DNA of 60,982 nt from a virus (taxonomy: Duplodnaviria > Caudoviricetes). Position numbers and translations under genes: made by a program. Under the pieces are notes generated by a model. That model had not been told where the DNA came from. It searched no databases and saw nothing but the letters and a program-made list of their open reading frames with translations. The stretch is from positions 1-60,982 of the IMG/VR virus record IMGVR_UViG_3300027749_003742; one strand, given 5' to 3'. Shown one piece after another: positions 41,037 to 51,151 of the stretch. Numbering within the stretch: the stretch's first letter is position 1; each line of letters starts with the position of its first letter.

Positions 41037-41539
41037 GGACCAATTCTTGTTAAGTAGATTGTAACAGATTCCTCAGAACCTGAACTACCATTCGACCATA
41101 ACCCTGTGGTACGTAATGTTAAACTTTCAACACCATCACTAAGAATTTTAAACGTTCTTGAACTTGAGTTAACCTCAAATTGGATGTACCCTAAATCATA
41201 TATCGTATGGTTTCCTATCGTCTTATAGAAATATTGTTTACCCCAAAGCACTTGACCTGACGGTAATGTTGTTGGGCAAAACGAAATAACGGTATAATCC
41301 AAATGCCATTTGGTAAACCCAACACTAATACTATCCATAGGAAAAACGTCATTAGGATTGATGTACATCGTTCCTGGAATGTATGTTGTGTCTCCAGGAG
41401 AAGTCGAATTCTCAACTTTAGAATAAGTTATTCTATCTACAACATATTCACCACTTAAACTTAATAAAGTTGGTTCGGAATATTTTAAACAAGACGTTAA
41501 AAACGTCAGACATAAAGAAACAAATATTAGTCTTTTCAT
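41033..41539 (-). CDS. Lipoprotein
   Basis: LTSC lipobox; LSGEYVV. Confidence 0.7.
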   Translation of the reverse strand: MKRLIFVSLCLTFLTSCLKYSEPTLLSLSGEYVVDRITYSKVENSTSPGDTTYIPGTMYINPNDVFPMDSISVGFTKWHLDYTVISFCPTTLPSGQVLWGKQYFYKTIGNHTIYDLGYIQFEVNSSSRTFKILSDGVESLTLRTTGLWSNGSSGSEESVTIYLTRIGP

Positions 41540-41600
41540 AGTTATAATTTATTATTCTACAAATATACGTATTTTTTTTGAAACAAAAATATTTATTACT

Positions 41601-41846
41601 ATGATAAATGATGTTGACTATATAATTTCCTTAATGAAAGAGTACACTCCTAAAGAAAATGAGGGGGAACTTGGGGAACAGGATGCTGCGGCAGCACCAA
41701 GTGGTGGAGGAGGAGCGGCAAAATACCCTACTGTGACCAAATGGGGGTCAGGTGTTACAAGAACAGGACCTGCAAATCAAGTAACCCTTACTAAGTGGGC
41801 GGATATTGTTAAAGTTAATCGAGGAAAGGCAAACACTTTATTATAA
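41601..41846 (+). CDS. Small putative virion protein
   Basis: TATTTAT upstream; LGEQ; repeated TKW..RG.AN. Confidence 0.6.
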   Translation: MINDVDYIISLMKEYTPKENEGELGEQDAAAAPSGGGGAAKYPTVTKWGSGVTRTGPANQVTLTKWADIVKVNRGKANTLL

Positions 41847-41891
41847 ACCACGATATTTATAATTAGATTAATCAAAAAAAAACATTTTAAA

Positions 41892-42965
41892 ATGAAACAA
41901 CGTAAATTAAATGAGGCTAAGGAAGAATTGGTGAGAGCGTTACTCCTAATGAAGTACGACACTAAAAAAACCCTTACAGAAAATCAAAAAAATATTAAAA
42001 ACCCATTAAAAGAAGATGTTCCAGCGGCAATCGCAGGAAGTGCCGTTGGTGGTGCGGCGGTTGGAGCAGGAGTTGGTGCGGCGTTACCAACATCACTCGC
42101 AATTGGTGCGGTAGGTACAGGTGCGGCGTCAGGACTTGTTTATAGTTTGGCGGGAACTCTTGGGGTTGGTGCTGCCGCGGCAGGGGCAATAATTGGTGGG
42201 GCGGCAGCAGTCGCGGTATTACCATTAGTATATTGGATTGTCACCAAAGATAATGGTGCCGATAGAGTAAAAGCCCTATTTCAAATGTGTTCAACAAACT
42301 CAAGTGCAATATCTAAATTACCAAGAAAAATAAATGACGGAACTATTAGAGGGTTAGCGGATAAAATTAATGACGCGGTTAACTACTCAACATTAGGGTT
42401 TATGGCGGGAACAGATGAAGAGTCTTTATTTGGAGCGTTTAATTCCTTAGGAGGCGGTACTGCATCTGATGCGTGTGCATTGATTAACAAATACAACCAA
42501 CAATACGGTGATTTATATGACGATTTAGATGGTGATATTGACGCAGAAAGTGAATGGAACCAAATCTACAGACCTTTAAGAGATTGTATCGAGGATTCAT
42601 TAAAGGATGTGGTTGCTGAAGACCCATGTAAGGATAGTCCAGGTACTGTATGGGACGAAAAAACTAAAGCATGTGTTCCTGTAAAGCCAGGTCCTGACCC
42701 AAATCCAAAATGGAGAGATTGTCCTGATTTCCCATTGACGAAAGGTTGTAAAGGTGAAAAAGTTAGAAAAATACAAGACTGTTTAGGAATAAGCGCTGAC
42801 GGTAAATTTGGTTCGGGAACCGAAAAGGCAATCACCAATAAAGGATATAGTGTACCTGTTACCCAAGAAATTTATGATAAAATTTTAGAAAATTGTGGTG
42901 GAACTACTACTACTACAACGTCACCAGGTCCCGATAGAGAAACGGAATATACTAACGTAGATTAA
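41892..42965 (+). CDS. Putative ejected/virion protein: Gly/Ala-rich hydrophobic region, GTDE motif, PG-binding-like domain
   Basis: About 70-aa G/A-rich stretch; GTDEESL; VRKIQDCLGISADGKFGSGT. Confidence 0.6.
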   Translation: MKQRKLNEAKEELVRALLLMKYDTKKTLTENQKNIKNPLKEDVPAAIAGSAVGGAAVGAGVGAALPTSLAIGAVGTGAASGLVYSLAGTLGVGAAAAGAIIGGAAAVAVLPLVYWIVTKDNGADRVKALFQMCSTNSSAISKLPRKINDGTIRGLADKINDAVNYSTLGFMAGTDEESLFGAFNSLGGGTASDACALINKYNQQYGDLYDDLDGDIDAESEWNQIYRPLRDCIEDSLKDVVAEDPCKDSPGTVWDEKTKACVPVKPGPDPNPKWRDCPDFPLTKGCKGEKVRKIQDCLGISADGKFGSGTEKAITNKGYSVPVTQEIYDKILENCGGTTTTTTSPGPDRETEYTNVD

Positions 42966-42987
42966 AATTAAAAACAACATAAGAAAT

Positions 42988-44727
42988 ATGAAAAATAAAA
43001 GATTTATAAAAGAAGACGTACTTAATCCAGGGTCTGCTCAATTCAAAGAAGAAAAACTTCAAAAAGCGTTTGACGCAGGATGTTATCCTAAAGTCAAAGG
43101 ACCATTTACTGACCCAAAGGGGGGTGGAGAGGTTATTTACCAAAAATCAACAAACCCCGATAATAAAGCGAATCCTCACGTATTCGATTTCCCTGATGGA
43201 AAAAGAGAGTGGAGAACCACAGGAGATAAAACAGGTACAATTGCTAGAACAACAAAATGGTATTGTGAAAAATTGAATGTTACTAAAAATTCAATTTTAA
43301 CTCCCGACCAACAAAAAGCTTTAAAATCTTTACAAACATATAGTAATAATCAAATTGTTCCTTATGAAGTAGGTGTTGAAAAACCTGTAGGGGAAGGATG
43401 GGATTTGATGTCACTAAGTAAATCTTTAGAAACAAATGTTGGTAAAGAATATGCAAAATATATCAACGCAGCGTTGGCAACTAATTTAGGTGATGCTAAA
43501 GTTTGGGTGTTACAAGGAGCTAAACAATATCCATCAAATGTATCACAAGAATTAATCAAGTATTTTGAAAGTTTACAATATATTATAGGAAAAGCTCCTG
43601 CAGGTCAAGATAACGTATTCACCACTATAGATTTACAACAAGACCCTACATATGGAAATCAGTTCCAAACACCGTTTTATGTTCATTACGACCCAAGTAA
43701 ATTAACCCCCCAACAAGTAAATGCAGAATTAACAAAATCAATAAATGCTGCAAAAACAACATTTAGTAAATCAACTTGTAAAGAAACCATTTCATTATAT
43801 TACGAAATGTATAAGAATAAAATGGTTCAAAGTCAGGGTAAACTTGATACGATTAAAATGACTGTTAGAGGATGTGTAGATAGTAACAAATTCCATTCAT
43901 TAAGTAAAAAAATTGAAGAATTAAATTTTGCCCCACCTGTTCAGTTAAGTAATGGTAATTCACTTGATTACGCAATATCCCCTGACGCTCGTACTACCGT
44001 TAATCCTGTAAAGCCAGGTCCTGATTCATCTCGTGATAATGTTAGGGAACGTAAAGAACAACAATTAAAAAACCTAATTAGAGAGAGTTTACTTGAAATC
44101 AAGGAGACTAAAAAAAAAAGTATCGTGGGTGAGGGTAAAATAGTTAAGGCGAGATTAACAATAATCTCAGAAAATGTTACACTTAAAACTAAAAAACAAA
44201 AAGATAAATTTTTTGACGAGTTATTATCTGAGATGGTTTATTTAAATTCTCAAGGATTTGACAAACAAGTTATCACCGAAGGATTCTGGGACGCATTGAA
44301 GGGTTTATTTGGACATGCTCCTAGCGGAATTATGGAGTACTTTAAAGAATATATGGGTAAATGGTTAGTTGAGCATTTAACTCCTATGGACCCTGAAGGA
44401 TGGTTTGGAAGTATGATTATTACTGGAATAGGTAATTTACCTATCGGAGACATTCCAAAATTAACAGATTGTAATTATTTAACAAAATGGATTTCAAAAA
44501 CTGCTGCGGAAGGCACGGTTAGAAAATTAACACATGAAAAAGGGTTAGATGGACCATTCTACGATATACTTAGAAACTCAATTGTTGATATGTTAGACGA
44601 AACTTCTTTAGGTTCTAAAATCGAAGAGGCTTTAGGAAGTTTTATATGTCCACTACTTGGAGGAGTTAAAAATAAGATGGAGAAGGCAACTGATACGTTA
44701 AAACAAAAAGCGTTGGCCACTTCTTAA
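42988..44727 (+). CDS. Large putative virion protein
   Basis: 579 aa; FIKE leader; internal LIRESLLE and ITE sites. Confidence 0.65.
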   Translation: MKNKRFIKEDVLNPGSAQFKEEKLQKAFDAGCYPKVKGPFTDPKGGGEVIYQKSTNPDNKANPHVFDFPDGKREWRTTGDKTGTIARTTKWYCEKLNVTKNSILTPDQQKALKSLQTYSNNQIVPYEVGVEKPVGEGWDLMSLSKSLETNVGKEYAKYINAALATNLGDAKVWVLQGAKQYPSNVSQELIKYFESLQYIIGKAPAGQDNVFTTIDLQQDPTYGNQFQTPFYVHYDPSKLTPQQVNAELTKSINAAKTTFSKSTCKETISLYYEMYKNKMVQSQGKLDTIKMTVRGCVDSNKFHSLSKKIEELNFAPPVQLSNGNSLDYAISPDARTTVNPVKPGPDSSRDNVRERKEQQLKNLIRESLLEIKETKKKSIVGEGKIVKARLTIISENVTLKTKKQKDKFFDELLSEMVYLNSQGFDKQVITEGFWDALKGLFGHAPSGIMEYFKEYMGKWLVEHLTPMDPEGWFGSMIITGIGNLPIGDIPKLTDCNYLTKWISKTAAEGTVRKLTHEKGLDGPFYDILRNSIVDMLDETSLGSKIEEALGSFICPLLGGVKNKMEKATDTLKQKALATS

Positions 44728-44800
44728 AATACCTGTGAGGTAATTACTCACACGGGATAAACCAAACTAAAGAAAGGGGGTATTCCAAATCTAGCAAATT

Positions 44801-44822
44801 GGGTGTCGAAAGACACCCTTTT
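44801..44822 (+). terminator. Rho-independent terminator
   Basis: GGGTGTC-GAAA-GACACCC-TTTT. Confidence 0.85.
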
Positions 44823-44827
44823 GTGTT

Positions 44828-45319
44828 TTAAGAATATGACTTTTGAAACTCCTTCCAAATAGGCTCAACGTTAGAGTTAATTATTTCTGAAAATATCGAT
44901 GGCTCATATGGGTTATATCTTAATTTCATATTTGCTTCAACAGGAGTCTTATCACCTTTTGCCCGATTACAAGTACCACAACATGTGATTAAGTTTTGCC
45001 AAGTATTCTCACCACCTCTTGATTTGGGTTGTATATGGTCAACCGTCAAATTCTTCTTACCGCCACAATACACACACTCATAATTGTCTCGTTTAAACAA
45101 TCTATGTCGGTTAATTTTTAACTTATGAATTCTATGTCTTACGTAGTTCAGTAAACGAATAATTAGAGGTCTAACAAATGTTTGGTCGCCAGCAATAATA
45201 GGATTCTCGGAAGATTTTAAAATCTCCGCCTTACCTTTTGTTACAAGGTTAAACCCTCTAAAAACTGTCGTTACGTTAATAGGGGTAAAATCCGCATTTA
45301 ATACTAGTACTTTATCCAT
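44828..45319 (-). CDS. McrA-like HNH endonuclease
   Basis: VLVLNAD; RDNYECVYCG; TVDHIQPKSRGG..W.NLITCC..CN..K. Confidence 0.9.
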   Translation of the reverse strand: MDKVLVLNADFTPINVTTVFRGFNLVTKGKAEILKSSENPIIAGDQTFVRPLIIRLLNYVRHRIHKLKINRHRLFKRDNYECVYCGGKKNLTVDHIQPKSRGGENTWQNLITCCGTCNRAKGDKTPVEANMKLRYNPYEPSIFSEIINSNVEPIWKEFQKSYS

Positions 45320-45357
45320 ATGATAATTATAATAAAAATTTTGAGGATTGACAAGAT

Positions 45358-46041
45358 TTGAATCAAAAGTATATTGTTGGGATAGCCTCTTTACCCGATA
45401 GAGAAGATTGTTTGGAAGAAACTATACGCAGCCTATATGACCAAGTTGATAAGATTATTGTTGGTTTGAACAAATATACTGAAATACCTTTCTTTTTAAA
45501 TATGAAAAAAATTGATTCGTATTTATTAGATAACTCATTAGGTGACGCGGCCAAATTTTATAAAGTCGATAATTACCAAAACGATTATTATTTCGCATGT
45601 GATGATGACATCATTTATCCCAAAAATTATTGTGAAATTTTAATTAAAAAATGCGAACAATATAAATCAATTGTTGGATTACATGGAGTTAGATTGATAA
45701 AACCTATAACAAGTTATTATAAAAATAGAAAAGTTTATCATTGTCTACATTCGTTAGAAAATGATGTTGAGGTTGATTTAATAGGTAGTGGAGCTTGTTT
45801 AATTGATACCTCAATCCTAAAAATAAAATTATCAGATTTTCGAACACCTAATATGGGTGATATATGGTTAGGGGATTTATGTAAAAAACAAAACATTAAA
45901 TCATTCACTATATCAAGAGAAAAAAATTGGTTAAAATATAGTGACAAAATGTCCAATAAATGGACAATTTACGATGATTTTAAAAATAAAAAAGATGAAG
46001 AACAAACTAAAATAGTATCAATATGGAATACGGTAGAGTAA
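45358..46041 (+). CDS. Glycosyltransferase (GT-A)
   Basis: IASLPDR, GDAAKF, CDDDIIYP, NMGDIW. Confidence 0.8.
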   Translation: MNQKYIVGIASLPDREDCLEETIRSLYDQVDKIIVGLNKYTEIPFFLNMKKIDSYLLDNSLGDAAKFYKVDNYQNDYYFACDDDIIYPKNYCEILIKKCEQYKSIVGLHGVRLIKPITSYYKNRKVYHCLHSLENDVEVDLIGSGACLIDTSILKIKLSDFRTPNMGDIWLGDLCKKQNIKSFTISREKNWLKYSDKMSNKWTIYDDFKNKKDEEQTKIVSIWNTVE

Positions 46042-48377
46042 ATATAAAATACGATAATAATGAAATTTCATTACTGAGTCTTTTTGAGTCTGACCACATT
46101 TATAAACATTTAAAAAAGACTGGTAATTTTTATGAGTTAAAACTTTTAGAAAAAGTTAAATCGTTAAATTTAACGGGTACGTATATCGATGTTGGTGCTA
46201 ATATAGGTAATCATACTATTTTTTTCTCAAAATTTTGTAAATCAACACAAGTAATCTCGATTGAATTAAATTGTGAAATTTATAAAGTTCTACAACAAAA
46301 CGTAATTAACTCACCAAATGTATCTACAATTAATATTGGGGTTGGTGAAAAATTTAAACATGTTAAAATATCTAATATTGATGAAACTAATGTTGGGATG
46401 ACAAAAATAATTGGCGAAAATGGGGATATTGTAGTAGATACTTTAGATTCTATTTTATCAGATGTAAACAATATAAGTATTATTAAAATTGATGTTGAGG
46501 GGTATGAAAAAAATGTTTTAATAGGCGCAAAAAATATTATTTCTAAACATTCTCCAGTAATAATTGCGGAACTTAGAGATGAAAAAGAATTTGACGAGTT
46601 TGAAAAAATATCTAATGATATTGGATATTTTACAGATAAAATAAACTACGCCTCAACCCCAACTTATTTTTGGTATAAGAAAAATGAAATATATGATTTT
46701 GTTTATATTATACCAACTTATGAAAGATTTGATAAAGTTAAACCATTAATAGACGACATATTAACTAAGAATCTAAATACTTTAATTATTGTGTTAAGTG
46801 ATGGTTCTTCAGATAAACGTTATAAAACATTAATTAACTTTAATAAACGAGTTGTTTATATTGAAAATAGGACTAACAATGCCAAAGAAAAATATTGGTT
46901 AACCGTTAACACCTTATTAAATGAAATGTCTAAGTATAAATTTAAATATGGGGTAATGTTAGGTGATGATTTCACACTCATCGATGGTTATCAAGAGAAA
47001 TTAGAGAAATATATTAGTGATGGTAACATAGTTAGATTATTTACACAACAATCTATTGGGGACACTAATTGGGGGTTTAAAGATTGGGTTGACGGCGCGT
47101 TCTGTGCACCATACTCATTCTTTCAAAAAATCAATTTTGAATTATTTCCGATAAAAAAATTAATCGGACGGGTTTCTTCAGGGGTCGGCCAACAGATGTC
47201 CCAACGATTGACTAACTTAAATTATGTTGTAAAAAATTACGGTTCGTTAATTCGTCATATTGGTAATGACGATTCAAAAATGCACCCAACAATTAGACTA
47301 AATCAACCATTAGTTGCGGATTTTAAAATCCAACAGAAATTATTAACCATTATTATACCCACTTTTAATAACGTTGAATTTATTAAAGAATGTTTATCAT
47401 CAGTGATTAAGTCAGTAAAGTCGTTGAATTGTGAAATCTTAGTAGGTATTGATTCTTGTGAAAAAACGTTAGAATTTGTATCAAAAAACATGTTTGATGG
47501 TAGAGTACGATTTTTATTTTTTCAACATAATGTTGGTCCATATATAATTAAAAATAGTTTAGTGAAAAATTCTAATTCTGATACAATTTTATTTTTTGAT
47601 TCTGACGACATAATGTGTGAAAACATGGTCGAAGAAATTATTAAATTACAATCATTTAATGATTTTGTAAGACCTAAATATATTAATTTTAATGGGTTAA
47701 TACCTACTAACCCTCCTGTGAGTAACGAAAAACTTTTTGGTGAAGGAGTTTTTAGTATAAAAAAAGAATTGTTCCTATCGATGAACGGGTTTGAGCCATG
47801 GAGAACAACCGCCGACACTGATTTTATGGGTAGATTATATAAGAATAGTCGTAAATCAACTAATACCCCTACAGTCCTATTCTATAGAAGAATTCATCAA
47901 AATAGTTTAACACAATCCAAACAAACTGGACATGGGTCAAAAGTTAGACAAAACTATAATAATCTAATAAGGAATAAGACTTCCTTTGGACCGTTACCTA
48001 ATTTAAGTACCTCACCATTTATTGAAATTTCTGTTGGTCATACTAAACCCGTTGAAATATTCGATGAGGTTAAACATAAAAAAATGGTCGTAAATGATAT
48101 GGTTAAAGGTATTTTAAATAAAACAAATATATCAAAAACAATTGATTACGACTTAATAAATAAAAACACTCAAAAACAAGGGGTTTATGTTCCGATTAAT
48201 AATGTGAAACCTATTAGAGAAAATAAACCTGTTGATAGAATGAAGATTACTGAACTTAAAAAAGACTCACTCGCATATCAATCCCGAGAATTTGGTGGTA
48301 TTAAAAAAACCAACAAAAGTTCTTCACCAAATATTTTTGGTGGTAATAATAAAAGAAAAGGTGGTCCATTACTTTGA
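46023..48377 (+). CDS. FkbM-family methyltransferase fused to two GT2 domains
   Basis: IDVGANIGNH and IKIDVEGYE; IIPTYER..GDDF; IIIPTFN..FFDSDD. Confidence 0.85.
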   Translation: MEYGRVNIKYDNNEISLLSLFESDHIYKHLKKTGNFYELKLLEKVKSLNLTGTYIDVGANIGNHTIFFSKFCKSTQVISIELNCEIYKVLQQNVINSPNVSTINIGVGEKFKHVKISNIDETNVGMTKIIGENGDIVVDTLDSILSDVNNISIIKIDVEGYEKNVLIGAKNIISKHSPVIIAELRDEKEFDEFEKISNDIGYFTDKINYASTPTYFWYKKNEIYDFVYIIPTYERFDKVKPLIDDILTKNLNTLIIVLSDGSSDKRYKTLINFNKRVVYIENRTNNAKEKYWLTVNTLLNEMSKYKFKYGVMLGDDFTLIDGYQEKLEKYISDGNIVRLFTQQSIGDTNWGFKDWVDGAFCAPYSFFQKINFELFPIKKLIGRVSSGVGQQMSQRLTNLNYVVKNYGSLIRHIGNDDSKMHPTIRLNQPLVADFKIQQKLLTIIIPTFNNVEFIKECLSSVIKSVKSLNCEILVGIDSCEKTLEFVSKNMFDGRVRFLFFQHNVGPYIIKNSLVKNSNSDTILFFDSDDIMCENMVEEIIKLQSFNDFVRPKYINFNGLIPTNPPVSNEKLFGEGVFSIKKELFLSMNGFEPWRTTADTDFMGRLYKNSRKSTNTPTVLFYRRIHQNSLTQSKQTGHGSKVRQNYNNLIRNKTSFGPLPNLSTSPFIEISVGHTKPVEIFDEVKHKKMVVNDMVKGILNKTNISKTIDYDLINKNTQKQGVYVPINNVKPIRENKPVDRMKITELKKDSLAYQSREFGGIKKTNKSSSPNIFGGNNKRKGGPLL

Positions 48378-48419
48378 TTTTAAAAAAAAATATTCTTACA
48401 TTTACAAAAAATAAAAGAT

Positions 48420-48596
48420 ATGTTTGTAATAATTAAACACGTAAAAAATACAATAGGCGTTAAAGTTCCTGTAATTTTAATTAATAGTCACTCTGAGATT
48501 TGGGAGTTTGATACTCTTGAAGAGGCGGAATCCATGAGACTAATTTTTGAACAGAACTCAGATTCGGGTCATAAATACGAGGTTAAGAAAATTTAA
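48420..48596 (+). CDS. Small hypothetical protein (not in ORF track)
   Basis: 58-aa ORF MFVIIKHV..EFDTLEEA..YEVKKI. Confidence 0.6.
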   Translation: MFVIIKHVKNTIGVKVPVILINSHSEIWEFDTLEEAESMRLIFEQNSDSGHKYEVKKI

Positions 48597-48602
48597 TCAT
48601 AT

Positions 48603-48679
48603 GCACCCGTAGCTCAGCTGAAAAGAGCAACGGTTTTCTAAACCGTAGGTCCCAGGTTTGAATCCTGGCGGGTGTACCA
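48603..48679 (+). tRNA. tRNA-Arg(UCU)
   Basis: Cloverleaf; ACGGT-TTTCTAA-ACCGT; encoded CCA. Confidence 0.92.
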
Positions 48680-49198
48680 TCATAACCCACCGTGTATTTC
48701 TCGGTGACAATTAGAACATACTAACATACATTTGTCTAACTCATTTTTAATTACTTTGTCAAATTTATATTGTCTGACATGTGCAATTGTAAAATCCTTT
48801 TCATTGGGGATTAAATGATGAAAGTCTAAGGCTCCTATGTACTTATTGTATCCACATATTTGACAACAACCTCCTTTATAATCAACCATTTCCTGTTTTA
48901 ATTTTCTATTTCTTTCAGTAACTTGAATGGTTGTACATTTTTTACAATAAACTGACCCTCCTATTTTTCCTCTTCTATTATAAAATTCATCAATACTACA
49001 ATTATTATTACATTTTGGACATAGTCTGTGGTCACCATATTCTTTAATTCCTTGAGATGAAAAATTTTTTGTTTTAAAAGGTATTTTGTATTTTTTTACC
49101 CAATATCTAATAGTACTTAACGATTTACCCGTTTCTTTACTAATTTGATTTAATGATTTACCATCATTTATTAATTTTTCTAAAAATTCTTTTTTCAT
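48680..49198 (-). mobile_element. HTH plus HNH homing endonuclease abutting tRNA-Arg
   Basis: N-terminal HTH; CQICGY..ALDFHH..LVCSNCHREIH. Confidence 0.85.
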
Positions 49199-49277
49199 AG
49201 TTAAATGGATTATATTATATAAATATCCAATTAAACCATAAAATTGACATCAATAAAAAAGTGTTTATATTTAGTGT

Positions 49278-49529
49278 ATGGGAAGTCAAGATAATATGTT
49301 AGAACAAGAACATAATGAGTTCGTTAATAGCGAACTATTTTGTCAAATGATTAAGGAGAAAATCGAAAATTCTCATTATCATAAATATGATGGGATTGCC
49401 CCCGAAGGGTTTATCTTAATACCTGAACAAACTTTAGAACGATTAAAAGATTTCGACTATTGGAAGGAGTGGATACACGACTCAACAACTTTTAATAAAG
49501 ATATGAAAGAGGATACAAAAAATATGTGA
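49278..49529 (+). CDS. Hypothetical protein
   Basis: ORF. Confidence 0.55.
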   Translation: MGSQDNMLEQEHNEFVNSELFCQMIKEKIENSHYHKYDGIAPEGFILIPEQTLERLKDFDYWKEWIHDSTTFNKDMKEDTKNM

Positions 49530-49569
49530 TTTTTCTTGGATAGTCAAATCTTTTTTGTATCTTTGTTCT

Positions 49570-50160
49570 ATGAAAAATATATTAGGATTTCTTTTTATTT
49601 CTTTTGGTGTTATGGTAGCGTTGAAAGAAGAATACCATTGTAAAAATTACAGTGAGGTCTTTTCAAAAATGACGAATAGTGGGAGTTCTTCTGAATCAAC
49701 TCCTTCGGTTGAGGACCAAGTTGTTTATATCTCAGGTTTGGGGGATTTTGACCAATCCGATTTAGAAACGGCCTCAAAGGCTATTACTGAAGTATACGGT
49801 CTTAAATGTGAAATAATTAATCCAACAAGTACCTCAGATATTTTATATAATGAGAAGGGTAAGTTAGACGCAAAAATATGTCATCAACAATTAAATCCGA
49901 AAAATAAAACGGTTTATGTGACAAATGAATATGTAATGTCTGATGGGATAATTGTTTGTGGGGCAACAACATTTTATGGTAATTTTATTATTGTTAGTGA
50001 TAATTTTAATAATCACGTAAGAAATACTACACTTCATGAAATGGCACACACTTTTGGTCTTGGTCATTGTGATAATCAATGTATATTAGGTCATATTAAA
50101 CTTGGCGAACCTAACGGTAAATTTTGTAACGACTGTAAAATAAAACTTGGATTAAAATGA
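49570..50160 (+). CDS. Archaemetzincin-like (M54) Zn protease, membrane anchored
   Basis: HEMAHTFGLGHC..C..FCNDC. Confidence 0.8.
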   Translation: MKNILGFLFISFGVMVALKEEYHCKNYSEVFSKMTNSGSSSESTPSVEDQVVYISGLGDFDQSDLETASKAITEVYGLKCEIINPTSTSDILYNEKGKLDAKICHQQLNPKNKTVYVTNEYVMSDGIIVCGATTFYGNFIIVSDNFNNHVRNTTLHEMAHTFGLGHCDNQCILGHIKLGEPNGKFCNDCKIKLGLK

Positions 50161-50432
50161 AAACTTTTGAAGATTTAGAATTTAGACCTCATCGTATGGA
50201 TGGTGTACAATCAATTATGATGTTTGATAATGGATATGGTGTTTCTGTTATTAAAACGCCACACTCTTACGGTGGAAAAAGGGGTCGATACGAATTGGCG
50301 GTATTAGACTCAAGTGAGGCAATTACATACAACACACCTGTTACTGAAGATGTATTAGGTTACCTTTCTGAAAAAGAAGTAACAAGATACATGATAGAAG
50401 TTCAAAAATTATTAACCTTTAACTTAAAATAA
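50157..50432 (+). CDS. Conserved-type phage hypothetical protein
   Basis: FDNGYGVSVI..YELAVL. Confidence 0.65.
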   Translation: MKTFEDLEFRPHRMDGVQSIMMFDNGYGVSVIKTPHSYGGKRGRYELAVLDSSEAITYNTPVTEDVLGYLSEKEVTRYMIEVQKLLTFNLK

Positions 50433-50484
50433 TATGCCAGATTTCACAACCGAGATTGACATTGACCCATATGAGTATGTGTCG

Positions 50485-50762
50485 CAGATATGCCCAGTTT
50501 GGGATTAAATAGTAGAAACTTTAAATAATAAATAAAATGACAAAAAAAGCAGAAAATTCAAATGAAACACAGAACCCCAAATTGGGTATATCTGTTGTTA
50601 TAAATCGTTTTTTAGATAAAGTGTTATTGTGGTTGATTTATCGTAGATGGAGAATGTTAGGTAAGAAAATAGATGGTAAGACATTTTTATCGTCTGATTA
50701 TGCTAAAAGACGTAAATCTTATGAGAGTTTGATGTGGGAAGTTAGGAAAAATGATTTATAAC
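50485..50762 (+). mobile_element. Integron-like gene cassette (attC-like hairpin plus ORF 50537-50761)
   Basis: 19-bp imperfect IR 50485-50503/50576-50594; GTTATAAATCGTTTT..AAAATGATTTATAAC ends. Confidence 0.55.
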
Positions 50763-50796
50763 GAACAAGTATAAATATAATAATTTTATAAAAATG

Positions 50797-50827
50797 TTTG
50801 ACAATTGAAGAACTTTTACTACTTTTG
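50797..50827 (+). promoter_or_regulatory. Bacteroidota consensus promoter of tRNA operon 1
   Basis: TTTG-N19-TACTTTTG. Confidence 0.8.
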
Positions 50828-50865
50828 TAATAGTTATTAGAAAACAATTGAAAAAAATAGAATCA

Positions 50866-50970
50866 ATGAGAACAAATATTAAACATATGGTCATTATCAG
50901 TAAATCGCAATTTATGAATTGCTGGTATCCGCGTGTTTCAAGTATTGGTTCGGAATTGAGTGTAAGATAA
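50866..50970 (+). CDS. Putative attenuator leader peptide 1 (34 aa)
   Basis: MRTNIKHMVIISKSQFMNCWYPRVSSIGSELSVR; codons match downstream tRNAs; contains antiterminator strand. Confidence 0.75.
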   Translation: MRTNIKHMVIISKSQFMNCWYPRVSSIGSELSVR

Positions 50971-50992
50971 AAGTTAAGTATAACATATATCT

Positions 50993-51025
50993 AAACCCCG
51001 AGCCACATAAGGTTCGGGGTTTTTT
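50993..51025 (+). terminator. Attenuator terminator 1
   Basis: AAACCCCGAGCC-ACATAA-GGTTCGGGGTTT-TTT; 5' arm can alternatively pair with 50946-50953. Confidence 0.85.
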
Positions 51026-51032
51026 GTTTTAA

Positions 51033-51052
51033 GTTCATTGACATATTGGTTT
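51033..51052 (+). promoter_or_regulatory. boxA-like antitermination element
   Basis: GTTCATTGACATATTGGTTT; near-identical copy at 58049-58068. Confidence 0.6.
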
Positions 51053-51062
51053 AAAAGTTTAT

Positions 51063-51146
51063 TGTCCTGTAGTGTAATTGGCAACACACCTGATTTTGGC
51101 TCAGGAATCCGAAAGGTGTATTCAGGTTCGAGTCCTGACAGGACAA
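51063..51146 (+). tRNA. tRNA-Gln(UUG) with 16-nt variable region
   Basis: CCTGA-TTTTGGC-TCAGG; T-arm TCAGG-TTCGAGT-CCTGA. Confidence 0.85.
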
Positions 51147-51151
51147 CACAT

